Source: Nitrospirota bacterium
Lineage (GTDB): Bacteria; Nitrospirota; UBA9217
Direction: 5' to 3'
Assembly: GCA_963740085.1 (NCBI GenBank)
Contig: CAVUCU010000001.1
Span: forward strand, 128,001 to 192,000
DNA length: 64,000 nucleotides
The stretch's first letter is position 1. Each line of letters starts with the position of its first letter. Under the pieces are notes generated by a model. That model had not been told where the DNA came from. It saw only the letters and a list, made by a program, of their open reading frames with translations, and did not search any database. This document shows positions 9,701 through 19,126 of the stretch, piece after piece. Position numbers and translations under genes: made by a program.

Positions 9701-10483
9701 CTACGGCTGCTGAAATCCCTTCTCCGCCCTGGTCTTATGATCGATCGCTTCCGCCTGTATCCGGATTTCGCAATTCGCGCAGATGATGTCCGGGGAGGGT
9801 TTACTGCAAACCAGACACCGTCGGTCCTTCCCCTGCTTGATCCCCTCTGCGTCAAAGATCATCTGCAGAAACTCGCTCTCCGTCACGTGTCCTTCCATCT
9901 GGAGGTTCGCACCGAAGATCGTCATCGGCAGTTTCTTGATCTTGTGCTTTTTTATGACCTCGGGGAAATTATCCGCGACAATGATGTCAGTAGATATGTA
10001 TCTGTTCTCGAGCGCGAGACCTATAGCGGTCTCGGCCACGGGCCGGCACAGCGGGCAGTCGCTTTCGACAAAGACCTGTATCTTGACGTCATGGTCAAGG
10101 TGTTTCAGGACGCGCCTCACGTCCTCCGGGAACCATACTTTTGTGTTGGAAAGAGACTGGACCGTGTCCACGAGTATTTTTAAAAAAACGTCTTCTATGA
10201 GTCCGTAAAATGCGGTTGTTTCTCCATCCCCGCCCTGCAGCACGATGGCCGGCACGCGCTCGATTCCGTATTGAAGCGACTTGTCCCGGTCCATGACCAG
10301 ATCATAGGATTCAAGGGCTATCTTGTCGAAATGCGCCTTGATGGCCCGGGCAAGGTCGGTCATTTCCGGACAGGCCGGGCACCCCGTGTCGCTCGTGAAG
10401 AGGACCAGCCGGACGGGCTTGTTGAGATGTTTTTCCGAAGTTTTGACGATTTCCAGCGATCTTTCCGATATCATGACTATCAC
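9701..10483 (-). CDS. Two-domain thioredoxin-fold protein disulfide oxidoreductase (PDO / AhpF-N-like) with a C-terminal Cys-rich tail
   Basis: CPAC and CPLC active sites in two Trx units; the tail contains CLVC...CANC. Confidence 0.8.
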   Translation of the reverse strand: MIVMISERSLEIVKTSEKHLNKPVRLVLFTSDTGCPACPEMTDLARAIKAHFDKIALESYDLVMDRDKSLQYGIERVPAIVLQGGDGETTAFYGLIEDVFLKILVDTVQSLSNTKVWFPEDVRRVLKHLDHDVKIQVFVESDCPLCRPVAETAIGLALENRYISTDIIVADNFPEVIKKHKIKKLPMTIFGANLQMEGHVTESEFLQMIFDAEGIKQGKDRRCLVCSKPSPDIICANCEIRIQAEAIDHKTRAEKGFQQP

Positions 10484-10502
10484 CTCATCTCAGTCTAATA
10501 CA

Positions 10503-10670
10503 CTAACCCGGACAAGCCGGAAACAAAAGACGTCTCTCGCAGAGCGCACGGAGAACGCAGAGTTAAATCAAGATCATTAGTCTTGGTTTTTCCCCAAATA
10601 TTTTTTTCTTTTCTCTGCGAAATCTGCGTCTCTGCGAGAAAATTTTTGCCGTTTTAAGATGAATTTGATT
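10503..10670. repeat. MITE-like intergenic element, copy 1
   Basis: Starts CTAACCCGGACAAGCCGGAAA, contains a TCTCGCAGAG...CTCTGCGAGA palindrome, ends TTGCCGTTTTAAGATGAATTTGA. Confidence 0.7.
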
Positions 10671-10743
10671 CCTTCGTCAGCAAGGTATTCTCATTGCCCT
10701 ACTTATTTTAAGCTACTGCCCCCGGGGGCCATGTCAAGAAGCT

Positions 10744-12111
10744 TCAGTCTTTGATGGTATATTTCTTCAGTTTATACCTCAGCACCCGCTCGCTGATCCC
10801 GAGCTTTTCCGCGGCGCGCGTCTGCACGCCGCCTGACGCCTTCAAGGCCTCCAGTATGATACCGCGCTCAACGGTATCCAGCGTCTCGTTCAACGAGCCC
10901 TTCAAAGTCTGTGCTGACAGCTCAACTTCGCTCGCCGCGGTCCTGACATGGATCGGAAGGTCAGCAGTGGTAATGACGCCCTTTTTGGCCAGCACAACGG
11001 CACGCTCGATGATGTTCTCAAGTTCGCGCACATTTCCCGGATAGTTGTATCGTATGAGCAAATCACGTGTCTCCGCCGAAATGCCGGTGATGCTTTTATT
11101 GTTTTCACCATTGTATTTCTTGATAAAAAAGTCCAGAAGGCCCGGCACATCCTCTTTCCGTTCGCGCAGCGGCGGGATGACCACGGAAACGACGTTGAGC
11201 CGGTAATACAGGTCTTCCCGGAATGCCCCCTCTTTCACGGCTTTTTCAATGTCCCGATTGGTGGCGGCGATCACGCGCACATCCACCTTGATGGTCTCGT
11301 TCCCGCCGAGTCGCTCGAACTCCCGCTCCTGCAGCACCCGAAGGAGCTTTACCTGCATTCCCGACGTCAGTTCGCCGATCTCATCAAGGAACAGCGTACC
11401 CCGGTCAGCCGCCTCGAACCTGCCGATCCGCCGCGCCGTCGCGCCCGTAAAGGCCCCCTTCTCATGTCCAAAAAGTTCGCTCTCGAGCAGCGTCTCGGGC
11501 AGGGCGGCGCAATTGACCTTGATAAGCGGGGCGTTCGCGCGCGGACTGTGATAATGAATGGCCTTGGCTATCAGCTCTTTCCCGGTTCCGCTTTCGCCCC
11601 GAAGCAATACCGTCGCGCTGCTGGCGGCCACGCGGCCGGCCATATTCAGGACTTCCTCCATGGCATGGCTCGTGCTCACGATCTCATCGAACTTGTACCG
11701 TTCGATCAGCATTTCCTTGAGTTCAGAATTCTCCCGGATCAGGTCCCGGCGCTCCGATACCCTTTCGATGAGCACCACCAGCTGGTCAAGATCGATCGGT
11801 TTGGGAAGATAGTCATAGGCGCCGGCCTTGATGGCCTTGACCGCGGTCTCGATAGTGCCGAAAGCGGTCATGATGACGACCGCCATGTCGGGATTTATCT
11901 TTCGCGCCTCTTCCGAGGTCCTGAGCGCGTCCACCCCGGGGATATTGCAGTCCGTCAGGAACATGTCATAGCGATCTCGACCGATCTCATCCACGGCCTC
12001 CTGCACGGTGCCCACACCCAGAACGTCGTATCCCTTCCCGTGGAGATGGTCTTCGATCCGCTTGCGCTCCCGTGCCTCATCATCCATGATCAATATACGG
12101 GCTTTTTGCAT
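10744..12111 (-). CDS. Sigma54-dependent response regulator (NtrC/AtoC family)
   Basis: REC domain (ILIMDDE, FLTD, YLPKP), GESGTGKE, GAFTGA, FLDEIGE, YPGNVRELEN and a C-terminal HTH. The longer ORF start lies inside a repeat. Confidence 0.95.
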   Translation of the reverse strand: MQKARILIMDDEARERKRIEDHLHGKGYDVLGVGTVQEAVDEIGRDRYDMFLTDCNIPGVDALRTSEEARKINPDMAVVIMTAFGTIETAVKAIKAGAYDYLPKPIDLDQLVVLIERVSERRDLIRENSELKEMLIERYKFDEIVSTSHAMEEVLNMAGRVAASSATVLLRGESGTGKELIAKAIHYHSPRANAPLIKVNCAALPETLLESELFGHEKGAFTGATARRIGRFEAADRGTLFLDEIGELTSGMQVKLLRVLQEREFERLGGNETIKVDVRVIAATNRDIEKAVKEGAFREDLYYRLNVVSVVIPPLRERKEDVPGLLDFFIKKYNGENNKSITGISAETRDLLIRYNYPGNVRELENIIERAVVLAKKGVITTADLPIHVRTAASEVELSAQTLKGSLNETLDTVERGIILEALKASGGVQTRAAEKLGISERVLRYKLKKYTIKD

Positions 12112-12137
12112 TCGATCCCTCTTCGTGCCAAACCCTA

Positions 12138-12306
12138 CTAACCCGGACAAGCCGGAAATCATTTTCAGCCACAAAAGTCACAAAAAAACACAAAGAACAC
12201 AAAGAAAAGCGAAAATAAAACAGAATTTATTCATGTTTTCAAGCACTCTGCGCCTTCTGTGCTTTTTGTGGCAAAATATTCTTGCCGTTTTGAGTAGAAT
12301 TTGACT
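12138..12306. repeat. MITE-like intergenic element, copy 2
   Basis: Starts CTAACCCGGACAAGCCGGAAA, contains a GCCACAAAAG...TTTTTGTGGC palindrome, ends TTGCCGTTTTGAGTAGAATTTGA. Confidence 0.7.
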
Positions 12307-12335
12307 CGCAACTTACGTAGTAGTCACGGCAATTC

Positions 12336-13313
12336 TCAGTAACCCGGCGCCATTATCGCAACAGGCTTTGATAATATCTTATCATATAAATCGAGCACAA
12401 TACCTTCTCGCAGTCCCCAGTCACTCACGACCATCGACGAAAAACCTGAAAGCTCCATGATCTCCTGTACGACCACGGCCCCGGCCAGAATGATATCTTC
12501 CCGGCCATGCTCCAATCCGGGAATTGACCTTCGCTCTTTGAGGGTGCTTGCAGCCAGCCTTCGAACAATCTCGTTCACTGATTCCCTGCTCAGGATATGC
12601 CCGTTGATCTTGCGGGGATCATATTCCGAAAGGCTCAGGTCCATGGCAGCGAGCGTCGTGATCGTCCCTGCAGTGCCGATAAAGGCTTTGCCGGGTCCGG
12701 GTTGCATCATGCCTCTGTGCTTATCCAGACTGTCTTTGACCGCGCGTCTGAGCAAAGCCATCTCCGCTTTTGTTGGCGGATCGTTTTTCGCATATCGATC
12801 GGTAAGATAGACCGCTCCCAGGGGCAGACTCACGATTGCTGTCTCTTCCGCGGGGCGCGTCTCGATTATCTCGGTACTGCCCCCGCCGATGTCGATGACA
12901 AGTGAGGAATCGAGCGCGTGCCTGTGCGGCCCCACGAATCCCTTCACCGCACGGACAACTCCGGCAAGCGTAAGTTTTGCCTCTTCTTCCCCGGTGATGA
13001 CCCTGATATCGAGACCGGTCTTCGTCTTTACTCTTTCGATGAATGGGACGGCATTTGATGCGCTCCTGAGGGCGCTCGTCCCGACCGCCGCGGTATGGAG
13101 CGCGGAGTAACGCCGGATATTCTCCGTGAAATCGCCGAGCGCTTTCAGCGCCCGGTCCTCTGCATCGCGGGTGAGCATCCCCCCCCGGTCAAGGTCCTGT
13201 CCCAGGCGGATGACCCTTCTGTCTGAATAGATCTCATGAAATGAACCAGGTCTGGTTTCGGCAATGAGCAAGCGGAGGGTGTTGGTACCGATATCGATCC
13301 CGGCAAGGATCAT
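12336..13313 (-). CDS. ppx: Ppx/GppA family exopolyphosphatase
   Basis: IDIGTNTLRL, TSALR, GEEEA, DIGGGSTE and GLREG motifs. Confidence 0.93.
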   Translation of the reverse strand: MILAGIDIGTNTLRLLIAETRPGSFHEIYSDRRVIRLGQDLDRGGMLTRDAEDRALKALGDFTENIRRYSALHTAAVGTSALRSASNAVPFIERVKTKTGLDIRVITGEEEAKLTLAGVVRAVKGFVGPHRHALDSSLVIDIGGGSTEIIETRPAEETAIVSLPLGAVYLTDRYAKNDPPTKAEMALLRRAVKDSLDKHRGMMQPGPGKAFIGTAGTITTLAAMDLSLSEYDPRKINGHILSRESVNEIVRRLAASTLKERRSIPGLEHGREDIILAGAVVVQEIMELSGFSSMVVSDWGLREGIVLDLYDKILSKPVAIMAPGY

Positions 13314-13762
13314 GACACGATCAGTTGCTTAAGCCTTTCGTGGTATGTGCGAATACGCATGGCGAGCAGTTTGCTAATGACCACGAGGGCCCTGGCGGCC
13401 ACCCCCGGCTCCAACTCGGTAAGCGTGATAAAATCCTTTCTCGTTAAGAGCAGGAGTTCCACGTCCGTCTCTGCCCGCGCCGTCACAAGACGGTTCGTTT
13501 CCTGGATCAGAGCAAGTTCGCCAAAGAACTCTCCCGGCTTGAGAAGCAAGAGCCCCATCTCCTCACCCTCTCCCGCCATCATCGATATCCTGACCTTGCC
13601 GCTCTTTACGATGTAAAGCGCCTCGGCCGGCATGTTCTGGGCGAAGATAGTGGCATTCGCATTCAGTTTGCGCTCTTGAAACAGATCCAGAATATGCTCG
13701 ATCTTGCCTCTGCCGGCGCCCCTGAAGAGCATTGTAGAGAGTAGGAGTTCAAGGTTAGTCAT
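13310..13762 (-). CDS. Stand-alone cyclic-nucleotide-binding domain protein
   Basis: LYIVKSGKV...PGEFFGELALI...RLVTARA; no HTH; overlaps the ppx start by 4 bp. Confidence 0.85.
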   Translation of the reverse strand: MTNLELLLSTMLFRGAGRGKIEHILDLFQERKLNANATIFAQNMPAEALYIVKSGKVRISMMAGEGEEMGLLLLKPGEFFGELALIQETNRLVTARAETDVELLLLTRKDFITLTELEPGVAARALVVISKLLAMRIRTYHERLKQLIVS

Positions 13763-13841
13763 GATTACCCTGCGTATTTGTATATGTATAGTATAGCGCT
13801 GTCAACGGGATGAGGCATTATAGGTTGGCGAATTTTATTTG

Positions 13842-14629
13842 TCAAGATACATTGAAGGCTGAAACGGGGAACACAACCCCGGACAAGCGGGCGCATTCAG
13901 AAAGATACTTTTCCTGGACAGCCGGGTCCGCGGCAGCCGGGTGAAAGCTTCGGGGTTGTTGATGATAGAAATATCTTCCCGAGACCAGTACTTCCCTCTC
14001 CTGGCTTACTGCCAGCCATACCTGAGTCCTCGACCCTTCCTCGACGCTCACAGGCGCTACCCGCCCTCCCATCTTCGTGGCCGCCCAGCCGGGCTCCATT
14101 GCATTGGACAACACGTCGGGCCATTTGCGGGCCGCGGCAAAGGCAAGGAGGACGACGTGCAGCTTCGTATCCGCGTAGGTGCTTGATATTTCCTCCGGCC
14201 TTCTGCTCCGCGTCAGATCCTTCAGGGAACCGTCGCCGCTTCGATGCAAGCCGGAGCTCGTATAGATCAGGCGCTTCGGCCTTATGATCAGGCAGGTCAG
14301 GATGTAAGGCGCCAGGGAGTTCACTGCGAAGATCTCCGGCAGGCCGTCGATGGTCCGGCTGCTGAGGGGAACATGATAAACGCCGGCATTATGGATCACG
14401 GCATCGAAGGTCCCAGGTCGTTCACCCGGTCCGCAAGGGACTTTGTTTCCGCGATGCTGGCGAGATCGCCAACAACTGCGCCAATCGCGCCCTGAACTTT
14501 GGAAAGCGCCTCATTCGCCCGCTGTTGATTACGGCCATGCAGCACGACCTGGTGGCCTTGCGCGACAAGCATTCGCGCCTCCATGAGACCAAGACCGTCA
14601 GCAGAGCCTGTAATGAATATTCTTGCCAT
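13842..14629 (-). pseudogene. Short-chain dehydrogenase/reductase split by a 1-bp frameshift near 14410
   Basis: N-terminal half MARIFITGSADGLG; the C-terminal half (FDAV)IHNAG...YADTK is in another frame. May be a sequencing error. Confidence 0.85.
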
Positions 14630-14717
14630 GGAGTTTTCCTCGGTGAGTACGGTTTCGACGCCCCTCAGTATCTCACGGCCGTGTTCGTTCTCAACGTATT
14701 CTCATAACCTTTCAAAT

Positions 14718-15158
14718 CTACTTCATCTTGAGTCCGCCGTTTGCCGGGGAATATTCTCCGATTTCTTTCCCGCTTTTCTGGTCGATGACCAGGACGACAT
14801 TCTTTTGCGCGTCTTCTATCTTGTAATAGGCCCAGACGACGTTGATGATATCTTCCTTCTCCTCGGCCGAGAGCGAGATGAACTTTGGGCCCACACGTAC
14901 GCGCGTAATGGGGCTGCTATCATCGATGCTCTTGATGAGTCCAAGTGCGATCGCATTCTTCATGAAGGCCAGTCTTTTCTGTTGTATTTCCGGATCGCCT
15001 TGATGAGCGGTAGATTTTGGTGCCGTAGCCGTCGAGGTCAGGGCTTCGGCGTTCGCTGAAAGAAAGGTCAGAACCAATCCAACTCCGATAAACCATTTCC
15101 ATCTGCTAGATAAATTCATTTTCATCGACATGTCTTCTCTCCCGTCTCGCCCTTTCAT
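14718..15158 (-). CDS. Hypothetical exported protein
   Basis: Signal-peptide-like segment ending ANA-EA; no recognised motif; start uncertain. Confidence 0.6.
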   Translation of the reverse strand: MKGRDGREDMSMKMNLSSRWKWFIGVGLVLTFLSANAEALTSTATAPKSTAHQGDPEIQQKRLAFMKNAIALGLIKSIDDSSPITRVRVGPKFISLSAEEKEDIINVVWAYYKIEDAQKNVVLVIDQKSGKEIGEYSPANGGLKMK

Positions 15159-15409
15159 GAAATGAATACAATAACGTCGCTATTATTATAGCGCAGCAAT
15201 GGGCCGGTTTGAAATCTTAAGAGGTCTGAAATTTGCCGCAGAGGAACGGTGGTCACGGAGAAAACCTCTACCCATGATATATTCCGAAAATTCCGGCTCT
15301 CATACAAGCCTTGTTCTTTTAATAAAATCTCCTTGTCGTCTAGTTGCGCATATTGTAATATATACCCAGACTCAAATCAACGGCCTGCGGCCAACTAAGG
15401 AGGAGTGTA

Positions 15410-15796
15410 ATGGAACCAAAGAAATTTTTATTCGTCCTGTCCCATGCAACGTCAAATCCCATGGAAGTGATCGTCATGCTTAAAATTGCGTCCAATATGA
15501 AGGCATTCGACGACACGGCAGAGGTGGCGGTTTTCCTTGTCGGTGAGGGCGTCCAGCTTGCAAAGAAAGGCGTGGGAAAGACCATATCCATGGAATTGGA
15601 AGGCAGTCAGGTCAATGTCGGCGAGCTGATGGACATGACGCCCGATCTCGGCATCAAGTTTTACGTCTGCCATGCCTTCATGCCGCTCTATAGCATCGCC
15701 AAGGAAGAACTCATCGAAAATGCGGAAATGAAGGGAAGTTCCTACCTCGGCGAGCTTCTCCTGGCCGGCTACACTCCCGTTCCGATGGCGATGTAG
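15410..15796 (+). CDS. DsrE/DsrF-like family protein
   Basis: Strong RBS AAGGAGG; VAVFLVGEGVQLA and FYVC motifs. Confidence 0.8.
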   Translation: MEPKKFLFVLSHATSNPMEVIVMLKIASNMKAFDDTAEVAVFLVGEGVQLAKKGVGKTISMELEGSQVNVGELMDMTPDLGIKFYVCHAFMPLYSIAKEELIENAEMKGSSYLGELLLAGYTPVPMAM

Positions 15797-15831
15797 CTGC
15801 GATCCGGCCTCAGGCTATGAGAAGAATCTAT

Positions 15832-15900
15832 AAGGGACGTTGTGTCTGAAGTGGATTCATTATCCTGCTTTTTAACTCAATCTAAGACACAGCGTCCCTT
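15832..15900. repeat. REP-like inverted-repeat doublet between convergent genes
   Basis: AAGGGACGTTGTGTCT ... AGACACAGCGTCCCTT. Confidence 0.65.
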
Positions 15901-15967
15901 TTCATTTCCCGCATGGGGTTTACTTCTGAACCCGCACGTCCTTTGTTGCGAATACGCTCTTTACCCT

Positions 15968-16423
15968 TCAAGGCTTGCCCACGATCTGAAGCGTCCTCGA
16001 GTCTCGCTTGCCTTGGTAATACTTGTCAAGGACGCGTCCGAAGACCGAATGCGGACCAGACACAAGCTCGAACAAGGTCATTGACGATTGAAGCTTCCAG
16101 TCGTCAGGGTGTCCAAAAATATCCGAAGTTGGTTGCCCCGAAACAGCCAGGACCGCTTCTGCGCTCTCCACGAGCCTTGCCCCCAGAACGGGATGGCTGA
16201 GGTATTGCCGCGCCTCGTCCAGGCTCTTAATGGAATAGAGTCGTGTTGTTGGGCTGTGCCCCAATCCGTCGATCTGCGGGAAGATGTACCACATCCAGTG
16301 CAAGCGCTTCAGGCCGTCACGCAGCTCAGCAAGGGCGCGGTCGTAGACACCATTCTGCGCGCTGATGAAGCGGTTGAGTTCATAGGGGTCATCAAGATCA
16401 ACAGTATCGCTCTCTTTTGCCAT
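15968..16423 (-). CDS. DUF1810 family protein
   Basis: LNRFISAQ, HWMWYIFPQIDGLG, YLSHPVLGARL and KLQSSMTLF motifs. Confidence 0.9.
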   Translation of the reverse strand: MAKESDTVDLDDPYELNRFISAQNGVYDRALAELRDGLKRLHWMWYIFPQIDGLGHSPTTRLYSIKSLDEARQYLSHPVLGARLVESAEAVLAVSGQPTSDIFGHPDDWKLQSSMTLFELVSGPHSVFGRVLDKYYQGKRDSRTLQIVGKP

Positions 16424-16654
16424 ACCGTCCTCCTCTCATCACTGGCCTCGCTGTAAAAAGATACAGGGTGTCCCTGTACGAAGCGTAGCAAGAACAAGGG
16501 AGCATGTCAACTTTGGAGGGAATGGGAATAGCGGCAAATGTTAGGAAGCAGGATCGGGCCTGAGGACGTTCTGAATCGGAAAAGCAAACGTGGCAAGAGC
16601 AGGTCTATTGACACCCTCTTCCCCTCCTGGCTGACATCCGGTATAATGATACCC

Positions 16655-17383
16655 ATGAACGCGAATTCCTCTGGTCAAGTGACAAACAGCCGGCTCATCT
16701 GGCTCGCCATCTTCGGCATCGCCATGGGCCTCCTCGAGGCGATCGTCGTGGTCTACCTGCGCGCGCTCTATTTCCCCGGCGGTTTCGGCTTTCCCCTCCG
16801 GTTCATTCCTGAACAGATGCTCCGAACGGAGATACTCCGGGAACTTGCCACCATCGTCATGCTCGTTGCGCTTGCCGCGGCTGCGGCAAGAACGTTCGTC
16901 CTTCGCTTCGCCGTCTTTCTCTTTAGCTTCGGGGTCTGGGACGTCTTCTACTATGTATTCCTCGAGGTCCTGCTGGACTGGCCGCACTCGTTCTTCACCT
17001 GGGACGTGCTGTTTCTGATCCCCGTAACCTGGGTCGCGCCGATCCTGGCGCCGCTCGTCTGCGCGCTTACGATGATCGGTCTCGCCGTCCTCTTGATCGC
17101 GCTCCATCGGCAATACGGCAGTGTCCGGACCGGGCGACTGTCATGGCTCTTCATGGCAGCGGGCGCGGGTGTGATAATTTATACGTTCATCGGAGACTAC
17201 GCGGGGATCGTCATCAAGGGAGGATTCGTCCCGGACCTTGCAGGTCTGACAAACAACAGTGTCTTTCAGAAAGTCGTCGCCTCCTTTGTGCCCGTCCACT
17301 TCAACTGGCGACTTTTCTCTGCTGGAGAAGCGCTGATCCTTCTGTCCGGTTTCGTGGTGTACGTGAAGACCGCGAACAAATGA
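16655..17383 (+). CDS. Conserved hypothetical integral membrane protein
   Basis: Multiple TM helices; FGIAMGLLEAIVVVYLR, RELATIVML, WDVFYY and WDVLFLIPVTW segments; start uncertain. Confidence 0.8.
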   Translation: MNANSSGQVTNSRLIWLAIFGIAMGLLEAIVVVYLRALYFPGGFGFPLRFIPEQMLRTEILRELATIVMLVALAAAAARTFVLRFAVFLFSFGVWDVFYYVFLEVLLDWPHSFFTWDVLFLIPVTWVAPILAPLVCALTMIGLAVLLIALHRQYGSVRTGRLSWLFMAAGAGVIIYTFIGDYAGIVIKGGFVPDLAGLTNNSVFQKVVASFVPVHFNWRLFSAGEALILLSGFVVYVKTANK

Positions 17384-17651
17384 TCTTGCAACGGGCGGTC
17401 AGGAGGGTGACGGGAAAATACGATGCGTTTCCTAACGAAAGGGCCTTGTATGTACAACCCTTCGCTCCGATAAACAAAGGTCGAGGCCAAGGGGACATTA
17501 TATCGAGTACACCTACAACAGTGTAATTGTAGACAGTCTGAAACTGTCACAAGATACCGATGGTATTACACATACCTGACAAGTGGAAAGACATTCGCCA
17601 AAGAACAGGGGTGGAATGATCTATCAATAAACTTAATCCAGCCAGCTGTCA

Positions 17652-17843
17652 CTATTTGCGCAACCTTTTGTATAGCTCTTCAAGATTGTGTTCATGCGCC
17701 AACTCTTCCGCTGCGAAGCCTTCAAAAAGTTTTTTTGCCTCTGCGTTCGTTGTAGCACCGGCCGCCTTTAAATAGAACTCATAGGCCTTATGCTCTTCCA
17801 TGATCGCCATCTTAAACGTGTTAAAAAGAGTATCGTTATCCAT
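17652..17843 (-). CDS. Small ferritin/rubrerythrin-like two-helix protein
   Basis: RBS AGGAGG; AIMEEHKAYEFY...FAAEELAHEHNL (ExxH); 63 aa. Confidence 0.8.
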   Translation of the reverse strand: MDNDTLFNTFKMAIMEEHKAYEFYLKAAGATTNAEAKKLFEGFAAEELAHEHNLEELYKRLRK

Positions 17844-18197
17844 TGTGCCTCCTGATCTTCCCTTCCCGGGTTGCATAAGTCTCACTTCCTTATGAAGTAT
17901 AACAGACAAAGGGCTTATGCGCAATTAGTTATGTCATTATGTAAAGTTCAAGTTTGTCATAGACTCCCATGCAGGACTCGAACGACCAAAACTCATGTGA
18001 AAAATACAAGATGTACTGTACACCTTCAGGCCAATTCAGAAATCGTTAGGTTCAGGAAGACATTATTGCTCAATGGAATTTTACCTTAATTTAATGTTTC
18101 TTCGCATATAAGCCATTTTGCCAACAAAAGAGATCTCCTCTTTGGTAAGGGATTGCGTACTGAAAAGATTTCCGTATATGAATGATGATTCTACGTA

Positions 18198-18881
18198 TCA
18201 TTGATTAACTTTGAAGATCTCCAGTATGGACACAGAAGCGACTGCAATCGAGAAGGCGCAGACCGCCCTGAACAACTGAATTGGAACGCCGAAGAGCGGC
18301 GCTACGATCAGCCCTCCGCAGATTGCGTAAGCAGCCAGCCCAGCTGCTAATATGATGAGACCTCGATTTAATTTCTTATTGCCCAACGGCTTCATGGTAT
18401 TGATCAACGGGATAAGGCTAATCGCGCTGAGTGCTGATCCCATGAAGCCAAAGCTGTATCGAGCAATGAGTCCGGCTTGACGAATATCGGATATTTTGAA
18501 GAGATAAAGGGCGGCGAGATAAACAACAACCAGAATGGTCGGAATTGCCCTGGGGCTTTTGTTTTGGGAGTTTTTGTAGGTCAGTACGTTGATTCCAAAC
18601 TGCAACAGCAATACAAAAGAAAAAATCAGGAAAAGCTTAGAGGTATAGAGCAATCCGACATTTACTGGATCGCCGAGCGTTTTCTCAATGAACCTTGTCC
18701 AATCAATGATCTCGGTTATTCCGTGTGTGAGGCCGAAAGCGGCCAGCAACCAGAACGACGATACCAGAGTATACGATGTCGCCCTTGTAATGCCTGCGAT
18801 AACGAGAACCGACATCGCAAGAAAACTCGCGCCATAAATTAAATAGATGTAAAAGCGTACGTCACCAAACAATACAGCCAT
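18198..18881 (-). CDS. Hypothetical multi-pass membrane protein resembling the N-terminal sensor module of some histidine kinases
   Basis: About 7 TM helices; FGLTHGITE motif and C-terminal PIQLFRA; no cytoplasmic output domain. Confidence 0.7.
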   Translation of the reverse strand: MAVLFGDVRFYIYLIYGASFLAMSVLVIAGITRATSYTLVSSFWLLAAFGLTHGITEIIDWTRFIEKTLGDPVNVGLLYTSKLFLIFSFVLLLQFGINVLTYKNSQNKSPRAIPTILVVVYLAALYLFKISDIRQAGLIARYSFGFMGSALSAISLIPLINTMKPLGNKKLNRGLIILAAGLAAYAICGGLIVAPLFGVPIQLFRAVCAFSIAVASVSILEIFKVNQ

Positions 18882-19066
18882 GCAGCCCTCTCGAGATCAA
18901 ATTATGATAGCATCAGCGAGGATGTAATGCTTTTTTGATAATTATAGATGAATCCGAGTGGCTAGTAAAGAGCAATGATTCAACATGTAATGTGCAATTT
19001 CAAAAAAAATGCAACGGCTGTTTAGTTCAGGAAGTTTTCTTGACAGGGGGCAACACGAACATCTTA

Positions 19067-19092
19067 GGGTCAGGTCTTTACTGTTGACATTC
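19067..19092. repeat. Solo arm related to the RAYT-flanking repeat
   Basis: GGGTCAGGTCTTTAC..., similar to the GGGTCAGACTT arms at 2926 and 3284. Confidence 0.4.
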
Positions 19093-19126
19093 CCTTTTTC
19101 AAACCTTTCGGTCCTCTAAAAAGCCT

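Noticed and set aside
14642-14665. GGTTTCGACG resembling a tmRNA 5' end
   Set aside because: No GGGG 5' acceptor stem and no room for a tmRNA body; it lies in a short spacer.
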